DNA of 64,000 bases from Gemmatimonadota bacterium. Its GTDB lineage: Bacteria; Gemmatimonadota; Gemmatimonadetes; Gemmatimonadales; JACORV01. The notes under the pieces are model-generated. The model was not told the DNA's origin. It made no database searches and saw nothing but the letters and a program-made list of their open reading frames with translations. Position 1 is the stretch's first letter. Every line of letters begins with the position of its first letter. Positions 40,501 through 50,181 of the stretch are shown here, in pieces. Both the position numbers and the translations under genes were made by a program. The DNA lies in NCBI GenBank assembly GCA_041476105.1, contig JBGOSS010000006.1, positions 1,099 through 65,098 on the forward strand. The letters run 5' to 3'.

Positions 40501-42868
40501 TCCCAGGTGGCGCAAGGTGCTGCGCGACGTCTGGCTCCACAAACCGCGGACCATCCTCGTGGTGCTGGCCATCGCCATCGGCATCGTGGGGGCGGGATCG
40601 GTGCTCAACACCTGGGCGCTGCTGCGGGTCGTGGTAGACGAGGGCTACCGCGCGACCAACCCGGCCTCCGCCACGCTCTGGACCGACTCGATCGGGCCGG
40701 ACCTGCTGGCGCGCGTCCGCGCGCTACCCGCCATCGCCGACGCGCAGGTGCGGCGGACCGTGAGCGCGCGGGCGCTGGTCGAGGGCGGCTGGCGCCCGGC
40801 GATGCTGTTCGCCATGGAAGACTTCCGCGCCAACCGCATCGGCCTGGTGCGCGAACGGGCGGGCGCGTGGCCGCCGAAGGCCGGCGAGATCGTGCTCGAG
40901 CACTCCTCGCTCGACCTGGCGGGCGCGGGCGTGGGCGAAGCGCTCACCGTCCGCTACGGCGAGGCCGAGCCGCAGGCGCTCGCGGTCACCGGCATCGCGC
41001 AGGACCAGGGACTCGCGCCCGGCTGGATGGAGCATCTCATCTACGCCTTCGTCACGCCCGCGACGCTGGCGCGGCTGGGGGCGCCCGCGTCCCTCAACCA
41101 GCTCCAGATCGTGGTGCGTGACGCGTCGCTCGACCAGGACGCCGTCCGGCGGATCGCCTTCGCCGTGAAGGCGGAGATCGAGCGGGCCGGCCATCCGGTC
41201 CGGGACGTCGCGGTGCCGGTGCCGTTCCGGCACATCCACGCCGACCAGATGAACTCGCTGCTCTACACCCAGGCCGGGTTCGGCGTCCTGGCGCTGCTGT
41301 TGAGCGGGATCATGGTCGTCAACCTGGTCACCGCGATGCTCACGGGACAGGTGCGGGAGATCGGCGTCATGAAGTCGTTAGGCGCTCGGCGCGGCCAGCT
41401 CGCCGCGATGTACCTCGCCCTGGCGCTGGTGCTGGGCCTCGCGGCGTCGGCCCTCGCGCTCCCCGCGGCGGCGGCGATCGGGCGCGCCTACGCCGATTTC
41501 ACCGCGGGGATGCTCAACTTCGACACCGCGGGCTACCGCATTCCGCTCTGGGCGTACGCGGTGCAGCTGGCCGTGGGCGCGCTGCTCCCGGTCGCGGCGG
41601 CGCTGGGGCCGGTGGTCCGCGGCTGCCGGATCCCGGTGAGCGAGGCGCTGCGCGACTTCGGCATCGCCGAGCGGGGCAGTGGCAGCGGCGGGCGCCTGCT
41701 GGGCCGCGCCGGCGGCCTGACCCGGCCCATCCTCCTGTCGCTGCGCAACGCCTTCCGTCGCCGCCAGCGCATGGTGCTGACGCTCCTGACCCTGGCCACC
41801 GGCGGGGCCGTCTATCTCGGCGCCCTCAACCTGCGCGCCTCGATCCGCGCCGCGGTGGCGGGCATGTTCGGCGCGATGAAGTACGACCTCGCCATCCGCT
41901 TCGCGCGGCCCTATCCGGCCGACAGCATCGAGGCGGCGGTGGCGCGCGTGCCGGGCGTCGCCCTGGCCGAAGCGTGGAGCGGTGGCAGCGCCGCCGTCGT
42001 CAGGCCCGACGGGACCTTCGGCAACCGGTTCGTGGTGAGCGCGCCGCCGCCCGGCTCGCGGCTCCAGGCCCACCTCATCAGCGCGGGCCGCTGGCTGCGC
42101 GCCGGCGACGCCAACGCCCTGGTCGTGAACCCGAAGTTCCTGGAGGACGAGCCGAGTGCGCGGCTCGGCGGCGACGTGACGCTGACGATCGGTGGCCGGG
42201 CGTCGCGCTGGACCGTCGTGGGCGTGGCGGCGGGTGAGTCGCCGGTGACGATGTCGGTCTACGCCCCGCGCGAGGCGTGGACCGCGGCCCTCGGTGTCGC
42301 GGGCGTGGACCGCGCCCTGGTCGCGTCGGCGAGCCTGGGGAAGCCGGCCCAGGCCGACCTCCGGCGGCGCCTCGAGCAGGAGCTGGTGCGGGTGGGCTTC
42401 GATCTGGCGGGGAGCGGACTGGTGGCGGAGAGCCGCGCCGTCACCGAGGATCACCTGCTGATGGTCGCCGGATTCCTGATGATCATGTCCCAGCTGATGA
42501 TCGTGGTCGGCGGGCTGGGCCTCGCCTCCACGATGAGCCTCGCGGTGCTGGAGCGGACGCGGGAGATCGGCGTGCTCCGGGCCATCGGTGCGCGGCACGG
42601 CGCGATCCACACCATGGTGCAGGTCGAGGGCCTCGTCATCGGCATCGCCAGTTGGGCCATCGCGATTCCGCTCTCGGTGCCGATGAGCCTGGTGCTGGGA
42701 CGCGCCTTCGGGGAGATCATGATCCGGATGCCGCTGACCTTCGTGCCCGAGATCTCCGGCATCTTCCAGTGGCTGGCCGTGGTCCTCGTGGTGTCGGTGG
42801 TGGCGTGCGCGTGGCCGGCGTTCCGGGCCACGCGAGTCCCGACCGCGGCGGCGCTCGCGTACGAGTAG
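40493..42868 (+). CDS. ABC transporter permease with duplicated FtsX/MacB-type modules
   Basis: Overlaps the ATPase gene by 8 nt. N-terminus WRKVLRDVWLHKPRT. Two FtsX-like 4-helix modules (REIGVMKSLGARRGQL...; REIGVLRAIGARHGAI...) separated by a periplasmic domain. Confidence 0.85.
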
Positions 42869-42918
42869 CCGTCGCGGCGCTTGCGAGCCCCATGGCCGGC
42901 GGCCATGTTTGCCGGCCC

Positions 42919-43434
42919 ATGCCCGTTTCCCTCACTCACTCCCGGCTGATCCACGACGCCCTCAAGGCCTGCGGCGTTCGCATCGTGTCCGCGCTCCCCG
43001 AGACCTGGCTGGTCCACCTGATCCGGTTCGCCGAGGACGATCCCGAGATGACGCTGGTGCGGCTCGCCAAGGAGGAGGAGGGCGTCGGCATTTCGGCCGG
43101 CGCGCACCTGGCCGGCGTGAAGTCGGCGATGCTGATGCAGAACCACGGCTTTCTCGCATCGGTCAACGGCATCGTCTCCTGCGCCCAGCTCTACCGCATC
43201 CCCCTCCTCATGCTGATCAGCCACCGCGGCACCCACGGCGAACGCGATCCCTGGCAGACCGAGGGCGGGCTCGTCACCGTGCCGGTGCTCGACGCGCTCC
43301 GCATCCCGCACGAGGTGCTGACCGCGCCCGATCACGTGGCGCAGCGTATCGCCCAGGCGCAGACCCTCGCCTACTCGGCGAGCCGTCCCGTCGCGCTCCT
43401 CCTCGGCCGTTCCCTGATGTGGGAGGAGGCGTGA
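42919..43434 (+). CDS. TPP-dependent decarboxylase, alpha (N-terminal PYR) subunit, sulfopyruvate/phosphonopyruvate decarboxylase-like
   Basis: In-frame ATG 42919. LIHDALKACGVRIVSALPETW...LAKEEEGVGISAGAHLAG...MLMQNHGF matches the ComD-like split TPP enzyme pattern. An alternative start is ATG 42892. Confidence 0.75.
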   Translation: MPVSLTHSRLIHDALKACGVRIVSALPETWLVHLIRFAEDDPEMTLVRLAKEEEGVGISAGAHLAGVKSAMLMQNHGFLASVNGIVSCAQLYRIPLLMLISHRGTHGERDPWQTEGGLVTVPVLDALRIPHEVLTAPDHVAQRIAQAQTLAYSASRPVALLLGRSLMWEEA

Positions 43435-44009
43435 AGCGCCGCGACGCGCTCGCGGCGGTCTACCCGCAGCTCGCGGACCGCGTCGTCGTCACCATCATGG
43501 GCGCCGTCGCCGCGGAGCTCCAGTCCCTCGGCCACCGCCCCAACTTCTTCTACCTCCAGCACGCGATGGGGCTCGCCTCCTCGCTCGGGCTGGGCATCGC
43601 GCTCAGCCGCCCCGAGCTGCCGGTCGTGGTGTTCGACGGCGACGGCTCGCTGCTCATGAATTTGGGCGGGCTCACCACGCTGGCGCGCTACCGGCCCCGC
43701 AACCTCGTCCACGTCGTCTTCGACAACGAGAGCCTGCTCTCGGTGGGCGGTTTTCCCACCGCGACCTCCACGGGGAGCGACCTCGCGGCCATCGCCGCGG
43801 CCGCCGGCGTCCCGCGCACCGCGACGGTGCGCACGCTCCAGGAATTCACGAAGGCCTTTGGCGAGGCGCTCGCGGCGGGCGACCTCACGACCCTCGTCGC
43901 CAAGGTCGAGGCGGTGGGGCCATCGGCCTACGTCACCGACCTCTCGCTCCTCGAGAACCGGTACCAGTTCCAGCGCTACCTGCGCGAGCGGAAAGGCGGC
44001 ACCGCGTGA
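43431..44009 (+). CDS. TPP-dependent decarboxylase, beta (PP-binding) subunit
   Basis: GTG overlaps the alpha-subunit stop (GTGA). TPP-binding motif VVVFDGDGSLLMNLGGLTT...VVFDNES (GDG...N). Confidence 0.75.
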   Translation: MKRRDALAAVYPQLADRVVVTIMGAVAAELQSLGHRPNFFYLQHAMGLASSLGLGIALSRPELPVVVFDGDGSLLMNLGGLTTLARYRPRNLVHVVFDNESLLSVGGFPTATSTGSDLAAIAAAAGVPRTATVRTLQEFTKAFGEALAAGDLTTLVAKVEAVGPSAYVTDLSLLENRYQFQRYLRERKGGTA

Positions 44010-44785
44010 CCGCGATCCTCCAGCAGCTCGTCGACGAGCTCGAGGCGGGCCGCCTCCAGATCGTCGATCTCACCCAGCCCCTCGGCCCCGAGACGCCGGT
44101 GATCGGCCTCCCGCCGATCTTCGCCAGCTCGCCCGGCGTCACCATGGACGTCATCTCGCGCTACGACGACAAGGGCCCCGCCTGGTACTGGAACGTCCTG
44201 CATCTGGGCGAGCACACCGGCACCCACTTCGACGCCCCGGTCCACTGGATCACCGGCAAGGACCTCCCGCAGAACGCCTGCGATACGATCCCCGCGCGGC
44301 GCTTCGTGGGTCCCGCGTGCGTGCTCGATGTGGAGCAGGAGGTGGCGGCGAACCCCGACTTCCTGGTGACGCCGGCGCGCATCGAGGCCTGGGAGAAGGA
44401 GCACGGACGGATTCCGCGCGGCGCGTGGGTGCTGCTGAGGAGCGGCTGGAGCCGACGCAGGGACGCGGCGTCGTTTCTCAACGTGAAGGACGACGGCCCG
44501 CACAGCCCGGGCTTCGACAAGTCCGCCTCGGAACTGCTCGCCAGGAACCGCGACGTGCTCGGCGTCGGCGTCGAAACGGTGGGGACCGACGCGGGGCAGG
44601 CGGCACGCTTCGATCCGCCGTTCCCCAACCACACCATCATGCACGGGGCGGGGAAGTTCGGACTGGCCAGCCTCTGCAACCTCGACCGGCTGCCGGTCAC
44701 GGGCGCCATCGTGATCGCGGCGCCGCTCAAGATCGTGAAGGGGAGCGGCAGCCCGTTGCGGGTGCTGGCGATCGCTCCGGTCTAG
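44006..44785 (+). CDS. Cyclase-family protein (kynurenine formamidase-like metal hydrolase)
   Basis: GTGA overlap with the upstream gene. GEHTGTHFDAPVHW motif (HxGTHxDxPxH). Confidence 0.8.
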   Translation: MTAILQQLVDELEAGRLQIVDLTQPLGPETPVIGLPPIFASSPGVTMDVISRYDDKGPAWYWNVLHLGEHTGTHFDAPVHWITGKDLPQNACDTIPARRFVGPACVLDVEQEVAANPDFLVTPARIEAWEKEHGRIPRGAWVLLRSGWSRRRDAASFLNVKDDGPHSPGFDKSASELLARNRDVLGVGVETVGTDAGQAARFDPPFPNHTIMHGAGKFGLASLCNLDRLPVTGAIVIAAPLKIVKGSGSPLRVLAIAPV

Positions 44786-44797
44786 CGCGCCCCCGGC

Positions 44798-45733
44798 CTA
44801 GGGTAGCACCAGCGTTCCGAGCGCGGTCTCGGCGCCCGCCGTGACGGTGAGGTTGGGCACCAGCACCCGGCCGAGTCCGGAGCCCACCGGCGGATCCGCC
44901 GCCACGATGTACGTCTCGCCGGCGTGCGCGGGGAAGCCGGCCCAGAACCCGCTGCGCGTGGCGTAGGCGAAGCGGAACGCGCCGCTCGCGTCGCTCCTCG
45001 CCGTGCCGAAGGTGTACCAGGTGTTCTCGTTGTTCGCGGGATTGCCGAAGTAGAGCCGCAGCGACGCGTCCGCGACCGGCGTGCCGGTGCCGCTGTGGGC
45101 GCGCACGATGCCCGCGAGCGAGCCGGTGCGCGCCGCGTCGGCGGCGTGCAGCACCGGCGAGAAGATGAACCCGCTGTCGGTGCTCGTCGGATCGATCACC
45201 TGCGGCGGGACGAACGCCTGCCCCACGTCGTAGTCGATCACGACGACCGCGCCGGAGTCCGGCACCAGGATCTGCTCGTGGATCAGGGCGTTGAGCGTCG
45301 GGCGGCCGGCGCTCGACTGCCAGTGGATCCCCGGATTGGAGCCGCCGGTCAGCACCTGGCCGTTCTGGAGCGTGATGCTGGAGGAGTCGGTGTCGATCAC
45401 CATCCGCACCGCCGTGATCGCCCCGGAAGGGAGCGTCACCGCCCCCAGCTCGTCGGTGAGACCATTCTGAAGCGCGAGAATATTGATGCGGCGATTGGGT
45501 GTCGCGAGCGTGACGAAAGTGCCGCTGCCGGCGCTGGTATCGGGCGACAGCGACGCCGAGACGCTCACGATGAAGAGATCGACGCGGGCGACGCGATAGT
45601 AGGGAAACGGATCGTCGGTGAGGAGGGTGTGGGTCGCGTTGGCGGCCGGTCCGCCGGGCGTGGTGTCGAGACTGCACGCCGCGGCCGGCAGCGCCAGGGC
45701 GGCAAGCAGGACGGTCGGTCGCAGGGCACGCAC
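44798..45733 (-). CDS. DUF4382-like lipoprotein with C-terminal carboxypeptidase-regulatory-like domain
   Basis: GGAGGA 4 nt upstream of GTG 45733. Lipobox LLAALALPAAAC. INILALQNGLTDELGAVTLPSGAITAVRMVID matches the DUF4382 pattern. The C-terminus is beta-rich (GIVRAHSGTGTPVADASLRLY...). Confidence 0.65.
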   Translation of the reverse strand: MRALRPTVLLAALALPAAACSLDTTPGGPAANATHTLLTDDPFPYYRVARVDLFIVSVSASLSPDTSAGSGTFVTLATPNRRINILALQNGLTDELGAVTLPSGAITAVRMVIDTDSSSITLQNGQVLTGGSNPGIHWQSSAGRPTLNALIHEQILVPDSGAVVVIDYDVGQAFVPPQVIDPTSTDSGFIFSPVLHAADAARTGSLAGIVRAHSGTGTPVADASLRLYFGNPANNENTWYTFGTARSDASGAFRFAYATRSGFWAGFPAHAGETYIVAADPPVGSGLGRVLVPNLTVTAGAETALGTLVLP

Positions 45734-45891
45734 GGTATCCTCCAGGGTGAGTCGGGGTCCCGCACGGAACATACCCGGCACCGTCAAGCGAGCGTCAATA
45801 CGCGGCCCCATCGTACGTGACACGAGCGGTGGGTTCCATTCTGACCGGCTCGGCCGTCATCGTGGTTCGCGAGGTCGCGGCGCGCAGACCG

Positions 45892-48258
45892 CTAAAGCCG
45901 GAACAGCCAGCTCATCTTCGCGAAGAAGGTGTCGCCGGTCCGCGTGAGGTTCCGGAACCCGAACGCCCGGTCATCGTCCATGTTGCTCCCGTACCCGGCC
46001 AGGATCACGGTGCCGGGGATCGGCTGGTAGCTGAGCAGCACGTCGGCGTGAAAGGCGTCGGTGCGCTGGGGGCCGGCGCGCACGATGCCCGAGGGGCGCA
46101 CGATGAGGATCGGCGCGCCGGTGCGCGAGTCGTCGCGCAGCGAGTCGGTCTCGTCCTGCACGTACTGCCCCACCACCCGCACGAAGAACGGCCGCGACAC
46201 CTGGTATTCCAACTTGAGCCGCGGGATCCGGCCCACGTTCACCAGCGATCCGTCGGTGCGCCGGTTCACCTGCTGCCAGAAGTAGCTCAGCTCGGTGCGC
46301 AGCCGGTCGGTCGGCCGGTAGGTGATGCCCAGGCTCAGCAGCAGCAGGTTGCCGCTGGCCCACTCGGGAAAGTTCTCGTCGTGCCCCTGGAGGAAGAAGC
46401 CGTTGGCGCTGAAGTGCCTCCACTGCGGTGTGCCGAACTGGACGATGTACTCGGCGTTCGGAATGGTCGGCTGGCCGATGAAGGGAATGGTGTCGAGGCC
46501 GCCCGCGGCGGCCGGCACCTCGAGCCGGTAATCGGCGTAGAGCGCCGAATCGTAGCCGAACGACTCGATGAACAGCCCGAAGCCGACGTTCCAGCCGCCC
46601 CGCAGCGCCGCGTTGCCGTTGAAGTGGAGCTTCCGGTCCTGGATCCCGCCGCCGTGAAAGAAGCGCTGGTACTGCCAGATCCCGTCCACCACGATGTCGC
46701 CGGTGAACCGCTCGACCAGCGCGCCGCGCCGGCCGTAGGCGGTCCAGCTCGGATCCACGTAGGCGTGTACGACCCCGGCGCGTCCGATGAAGCCGCTGGC
46801 CGTGCGGAAGTCGTCGCCGACGCCGGCGAAGGAGCTGGAGAGGCCGAGCACCCGGCCCCGGATGTTGAGCTGGGTAAGAAAGAGAGGCGCCGTGGTGGTC
46901 GCGCCGCCCCGGTGGGTGCGGCTCCCCGCGAGCTGGAAGTTGACGTTGTAGATGCCGCCGAAGACGATCCGGCCGTCCACATCGGCGACGCGGTTGGAGT
47001 TGCCGCCGTCGATCTGGTCGGTGTACGCGATGCCGATCCGCGAGTGCGTTCCCACGTTGCGCTGCGCGCGGATGATGTTGAAGACGGGGTTGTCGCCGCC
47101 GCTGAGCGAGGCGAAGCGCTGATCCACCGCCGACAGCACACCGATGGTGGTGCCGAGGGCGTTGCCGGTGAGCTTCACCGCCGCGACCGGCTGCACGATG
47201 CGGCGGGTGTAGATCAGCCCGTTCGGCACCTGGAACAGCTCGCTGCCCTCGAGGAAGAACGGCCGCTTCTCCGGAAAGAAAAGCGCCTGCCGGGGATCGA
47301 AGGCGAGTTGCCCCGCGTCGGATTCGACCTGCGAGAAGTCGGGGTGGACGGTGCCGTTGAGCGCGAGGTTGGTGGAGATACCCCAGCGCACGTTCCCGCC
47401 GAGCTGGATGTTGCCGGAGTCGTAGCGGTAGCCGGTCGAGTCGGGCGCCCCGGCGACCTTCTTGGTCGCCTCGGGGTTCAGGTCCACCACCAGGCCGCGG
47501 TGCAGGCCGGTGAGGCCGACCAGCTCGCCCGACTGCCCGATGAACGTCGGGCTGGCGCGCAGCGCCGGCGCCCACGAGTCCTCGAAGCCGGAGTGCATGA
47601 CCTGGCGCACGACGTTGAGATTCCAGCTCTGCTCGCGGGCCCCGGGGAAGCGCAGGCTCTTGAAGGGGATGCGCACCTCGACCTCGTAACCCCACTCGGT
47701 CACGTGGCCGCGCGACTGGAAGACGTAGTCGGGGCTCAGGTCGGCCTGCTCGCGCCCGACGACGGCGCTCCCGATGAAGCCGCCGGCGCCGGTATTCTGC
47801 CCTTCGACCAGCGCCCCGTCGGCCTGCACGCCCATCGGATTCACCGCGAACATCATCGCCTGGCGGCCGTCGTGGAAGGTGCCGAGGAGGATCTGCACGT
47901 TGTCGTCGCCGAAAATGCGGTCGCGGTCGGCGAGTGTCGCGGTGGCGCTGCCGTGCCGCTCGAAGGCCCGGATGCCGAAGTAGATCGCGGTCGGGGAGTA
48001 CCAGACCATGACCTGGGTGCTGTCGGACGCCGCCAGGCCGTCGGTGGGGGCGTACTGAGAGAAGCCGGTGAGCAGGGCGGCCTGGCTCCAGACCTCCTCG
48101 CCCAGGTTGCCGTCCACCTGGACCTCGGCCTCGAGGCGCGGGATCCGCGCGCTGAGCTGGCGCTCGCGACCGGAATAGACCGAGGCGGGGTCGGCCGCGA
48201 AGGTCTGCGACAGGAGCTGGGCGAGCAGCGCGACGCCGGCGGGATTCATGCCCTGCAT
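45892..48258 (-). CDS. DUF5916/CBM9-like domain outer-membrane-type protein
   Basis: N-terminus VQVDGNLGEEVWSQAALLTGFSQYAPTDG...IYFGIRAFE (carbohydrate-binding family 9-like). Long beta-rich body and C-terminus FFAKMSWLFRL. The 869-aa ORF on the opposite strand is rejected. Confidence 0.7.
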   Translation of the reverse strand: MQGMNPAGVALLAQLLSQTFAADPASVYSGRERQLSARIPRLEAEVQVDGNLGEEVWSQAALLTGFSQYAPTDGLAASDSTQVMVWYSPTAIYFGIRAFERHGSATATLADRDRIFGDDNVQILLGTFHDGRQAMMFAVNPMGVQADGALVEGQNTGAGGFIGSAVVGREQADLSPDYVFQSRGHVTEWGYEVEVRIPFKSLRFPGAREQSWNLNVVRQVMHSGFEDSWAPALRASPTFIGQSGELVGLTGLHRGLVVDLNPEATKKVAGAPDSTGYRYDSGNIQLGGNVRWGISTNLALNGTVHPDFSQVESDAGQLAFDPRQALFFPEKRPFFLEGSELFQVPNGLIYTRRIVQPVAAVKLTGNALGTTIGVLSAVDQRFASLSGGDNPVFNIIRAQRNVGTHSRIGIAYTDQIDGGNSNRVADVDGRIVFGGIYNVNFQLAGSRTHRGGATTTAPLFLTQLNIRGRVLGLSSSFAGVGDDFRTASGFIGRAGVVHAYVDPSWTAYGRRGALVERFTGDIVVDGIWQYQRFFHGGGIQDRKLHFNGNAALRGGWNVGFGLFIESFGYDSALYADYRLEVPAAAGGLDTIPFIGQPTIPNAEYIVQFGTPQWRHFSANGFFLQGHDENFPEWASGNLLLLSLGITYRPTDRLRTELSYFWQQVNRRTDGSLVNVGRIPRLKLEYQVSRPFFVRVVGQYVQDETDSLRDDSRTGAPILIVRPSGIVRAGPQRTDAFHADVLLSYQPIPGTVILAGYGSNMDDDRAFGFRNLTRTGDTFFAKMSWLFRL

Positions 48259-48319
48259 GGTACCGAAATCGCCCCGAAATCGCGCTCGCAGGTTGAAACC
48301 GGCCGAGCGGCGGGTGCCC

Positions 48320-50062
48320 CTACCGCGAGAACAGCATCCGGTCCCGTTCGGCCTGCGTTCCCGCCTTATAGAAGTCGGCGAACCAGGCCGGCTTCCCGGT
48401 CATCGCCTCGGGCTTCCGGAGCGTGAGGATCCCCTCGGCCTTCTTGGCCTGGCTCTTCTTCTTGGCCTTGTCGGCGTCCCGCATCGTCGAGCGGAAGTGC
48501 AGGTGGTCGAAGACGCGCAGGGCCTCGATGGCGTAGCCGACCGCGATCTTGGGGTCCTCGATCATGATCAGGTGGTCGCCGTTCCCCTTCTCGCCGCTGG
48601 GCGCCAGGTTGGACGATCCGGTGAACACCTTCGCGCTGGGCAGGCTGAAGTCCGTCACCACGAACTTGTGGTGCACGTTGATGCCCCCGCCCCCGCTCCA
48701 CTCGCTCTTGAACGGCTCGGGCGCGTTCTTCGCGAGATAGGCGAAGTCCACCAGCCCGGTCGAACCGTCGGGCTTCTTGATCTCGAGGGTGCCGGCCTTG
48801 TCCACCACGCCATAGCTGAACACCGGCCGCTTCATGAGCCGGTCGAAGGCCTCCTTGGTGGGTCCCGACCGGATCTGGCTGAGGAACGCCACGGCATAGA
48901 AGACCGACGAGGTGGCCTGGTCGATCGCCCCGCGCACCGGGTTGAGTGAGAGGTCCGACGACTGGTGCGGGGAAAAGCAGAGCTGCACCGACGGGTGGTT
49001 GTCGGTCGCGGCCAGGTGCCACTTCGAGGCGATGGGATCCTTGGCGAAGGCCGCCGGGTCGGCGAAAGCGGCGTCGAAGACGCGGCCGAACTGGCCGGCG
49101 ACGTCGGCCGAATGGAACACCAGCACGTTGTTGGCCTGGATGTAGATCCCGCGGAAGCTGAAGTTCGTCGAGCCCGCCAGGACCTTGAACGGCTTTCCGT
49201 TGCGCTTCGCGATGAACACCTTGTTGTGCTGAAGGCCCTGGAAGTGGGTGCGCCGCGCATGAGCGGCACCCGCGGAGGCCTTGAGCACCTTGAAGGCCTT
49301 CGACTCGTCGCTTCCCGCGGCCAGGTGCCCCTGGGCCACGCCAGCCTTGCTGCCGCCCGAGTCATCGACGATCACCCGCAGCCGGTGACCCAGCGCCTTG
49401 AGCCGGGCCACGATATCCGGCTCGTTGAGGTCGTAGGCGAAGACGTCCAGCTCGATGGTGGGATCATCCACCGCTTCCTTGAGGAACGCGAAGAGCAGGT
49501 CGTAGGCCTCGAAGCCGAGCCAGTCGTAGACCTCGCCCGGGATCTTCTGGAACGTGAGTCCCGACTCCTTCGACGGAATGACGTTGGGGTTGTTCCCGAA
49601 TTTCTCCGCGTAGGCCTGCGACGAGGCGAAGCCTCTCGTGAACCCGACGTCGAGAAAGTCGTCGTAGGTCACCGGGTCGAGCGAGATCGGCAGCTCGATC
49701 GCCGTGCCTTTCGCGAGGCTGCCGTCGGGCCGCATGTGCATCTTGGTGCCGCGGTAGGTGTACACCCCGGCCTTCGGATCCCGGGGAAAGTGCACCCACC
49801 GGAACTTCTGGAAGGGCGCGCCCGTCGAGGGAAACTGCCGCGCCCCGGTCACCGCGGTGGTGGCGGCCTTCGGGTACGCGAAGGCGAGCCGGTTCAGCAA
49901 CGGGTCGAACTGCGGCGACCCCGGTGCCTTGCACTCGATGGCGAAGCCCACGAGGTCGGCCTCCGCCGCCACGACGTCGAAGCCGACGAGACACATGCGT
50001 TCGCCGCGCCACAGCTTCATCAAGAACCCGTTGGTGTCGTGCTGGCTCATGAAGTCCGACAT
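48320..50062 (-). CDS. Phospholipase D-superfamily protein with two HKD motifs, no signal peptide
   Basis: GGGAGGA upstream of the ATG. HKD-1 LQHNKVFIAKRNG...LAGSTNFS. HKD-2 VHHKFVVTD...FTGSSNLAPSGEKGNGDHL. About 110-aa N-terminal beta-rich domain. Lys-rich C-terminal tail (KAKKKSQAKKAEG). Confidence 0.8.
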   Translation of the reverse strand: MSDFMSQHDTNGFLMKLWRGERMCLVGFDVVAAEADLVGFAIECKAPGSPQFDPLLNRLAFAYPKAATTAVTGARQFPSTGAPFQKFRWVHFPRDPKAGVYTYRGTKMHMRPDGSLAKGTAIELPISLDPVTYDDFLDVGFTRGFASSQAYAEKFGNNPNVIPSKESGLTFQKIPGEVYDWLGFEAYDLLFAFLKEAVDDPTIELDVFAYDLNEPDIVARLKALGHRLRVIVDDSGGSKAGVAQGHLAAGSDESKAFKVLKASAGAAHARRTHFQGLQHNKVFIAKRNGKPFKVLAGSTNFSFRGIYIQANNVLVFHSADVAGQFGRVFDAAFADPAAFAKDPIASKWHLAATDNHPSVQLCFSPHQSSDLSLNPVRGAIDQATSSVFYAVAFLSQIRSGPTKEAFDRLMKRPVFSYGVVDKAGTLEIKKPDGSTGLVDFAYLAKNAPEPFKSEWSGGGGINVHHKFVVTDFSLPSAKVFTGSSNLAPSGEKGNGDHLIMIEDPKIAVGYAIEALRVFDHLHFRSTMRDADKAKKKSQAKKAEGILTLRKPEAMTGKPAWFADFYKAGTQAERDRMLFSR

Positions 50063-50128
50063 GTCGCGGTCCTCCCGGTTGACGGCGGCGCGAACCTGGC
50101 TCTGGCGCCACCGGGACTAACAGAACCG

Positions 50129-50143
50129 GCGCCCCTGGGGCGC
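50129..50143 (-). terminator. Hairpin between the MBL-fold gene and the PLD gene (weak terminator candidate)
   Basis: On the minus strand, GCGCCCC-A-GGGGCGC followed by CGGUUCUGUU. It lies 39 nt after the MBL-gene stop. Confidence 0.35.
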
Positions 50144-50181
50144 GTAACCCTGAAAGGATTTCGAGAGGGCGGCCGCGCGAG

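Noticed and set aside
45817-48426. 869-aa ORF on the + strand
   Set aside because: It is antisense to the DUF5916/CBM9-like gene, which has recognisable motifs. The translation is Arg/Ala/Gly/Pro/Val-rich low complexity with no motifs. This is a typical stop-codon-poor shadow frame in high-GC DNA.
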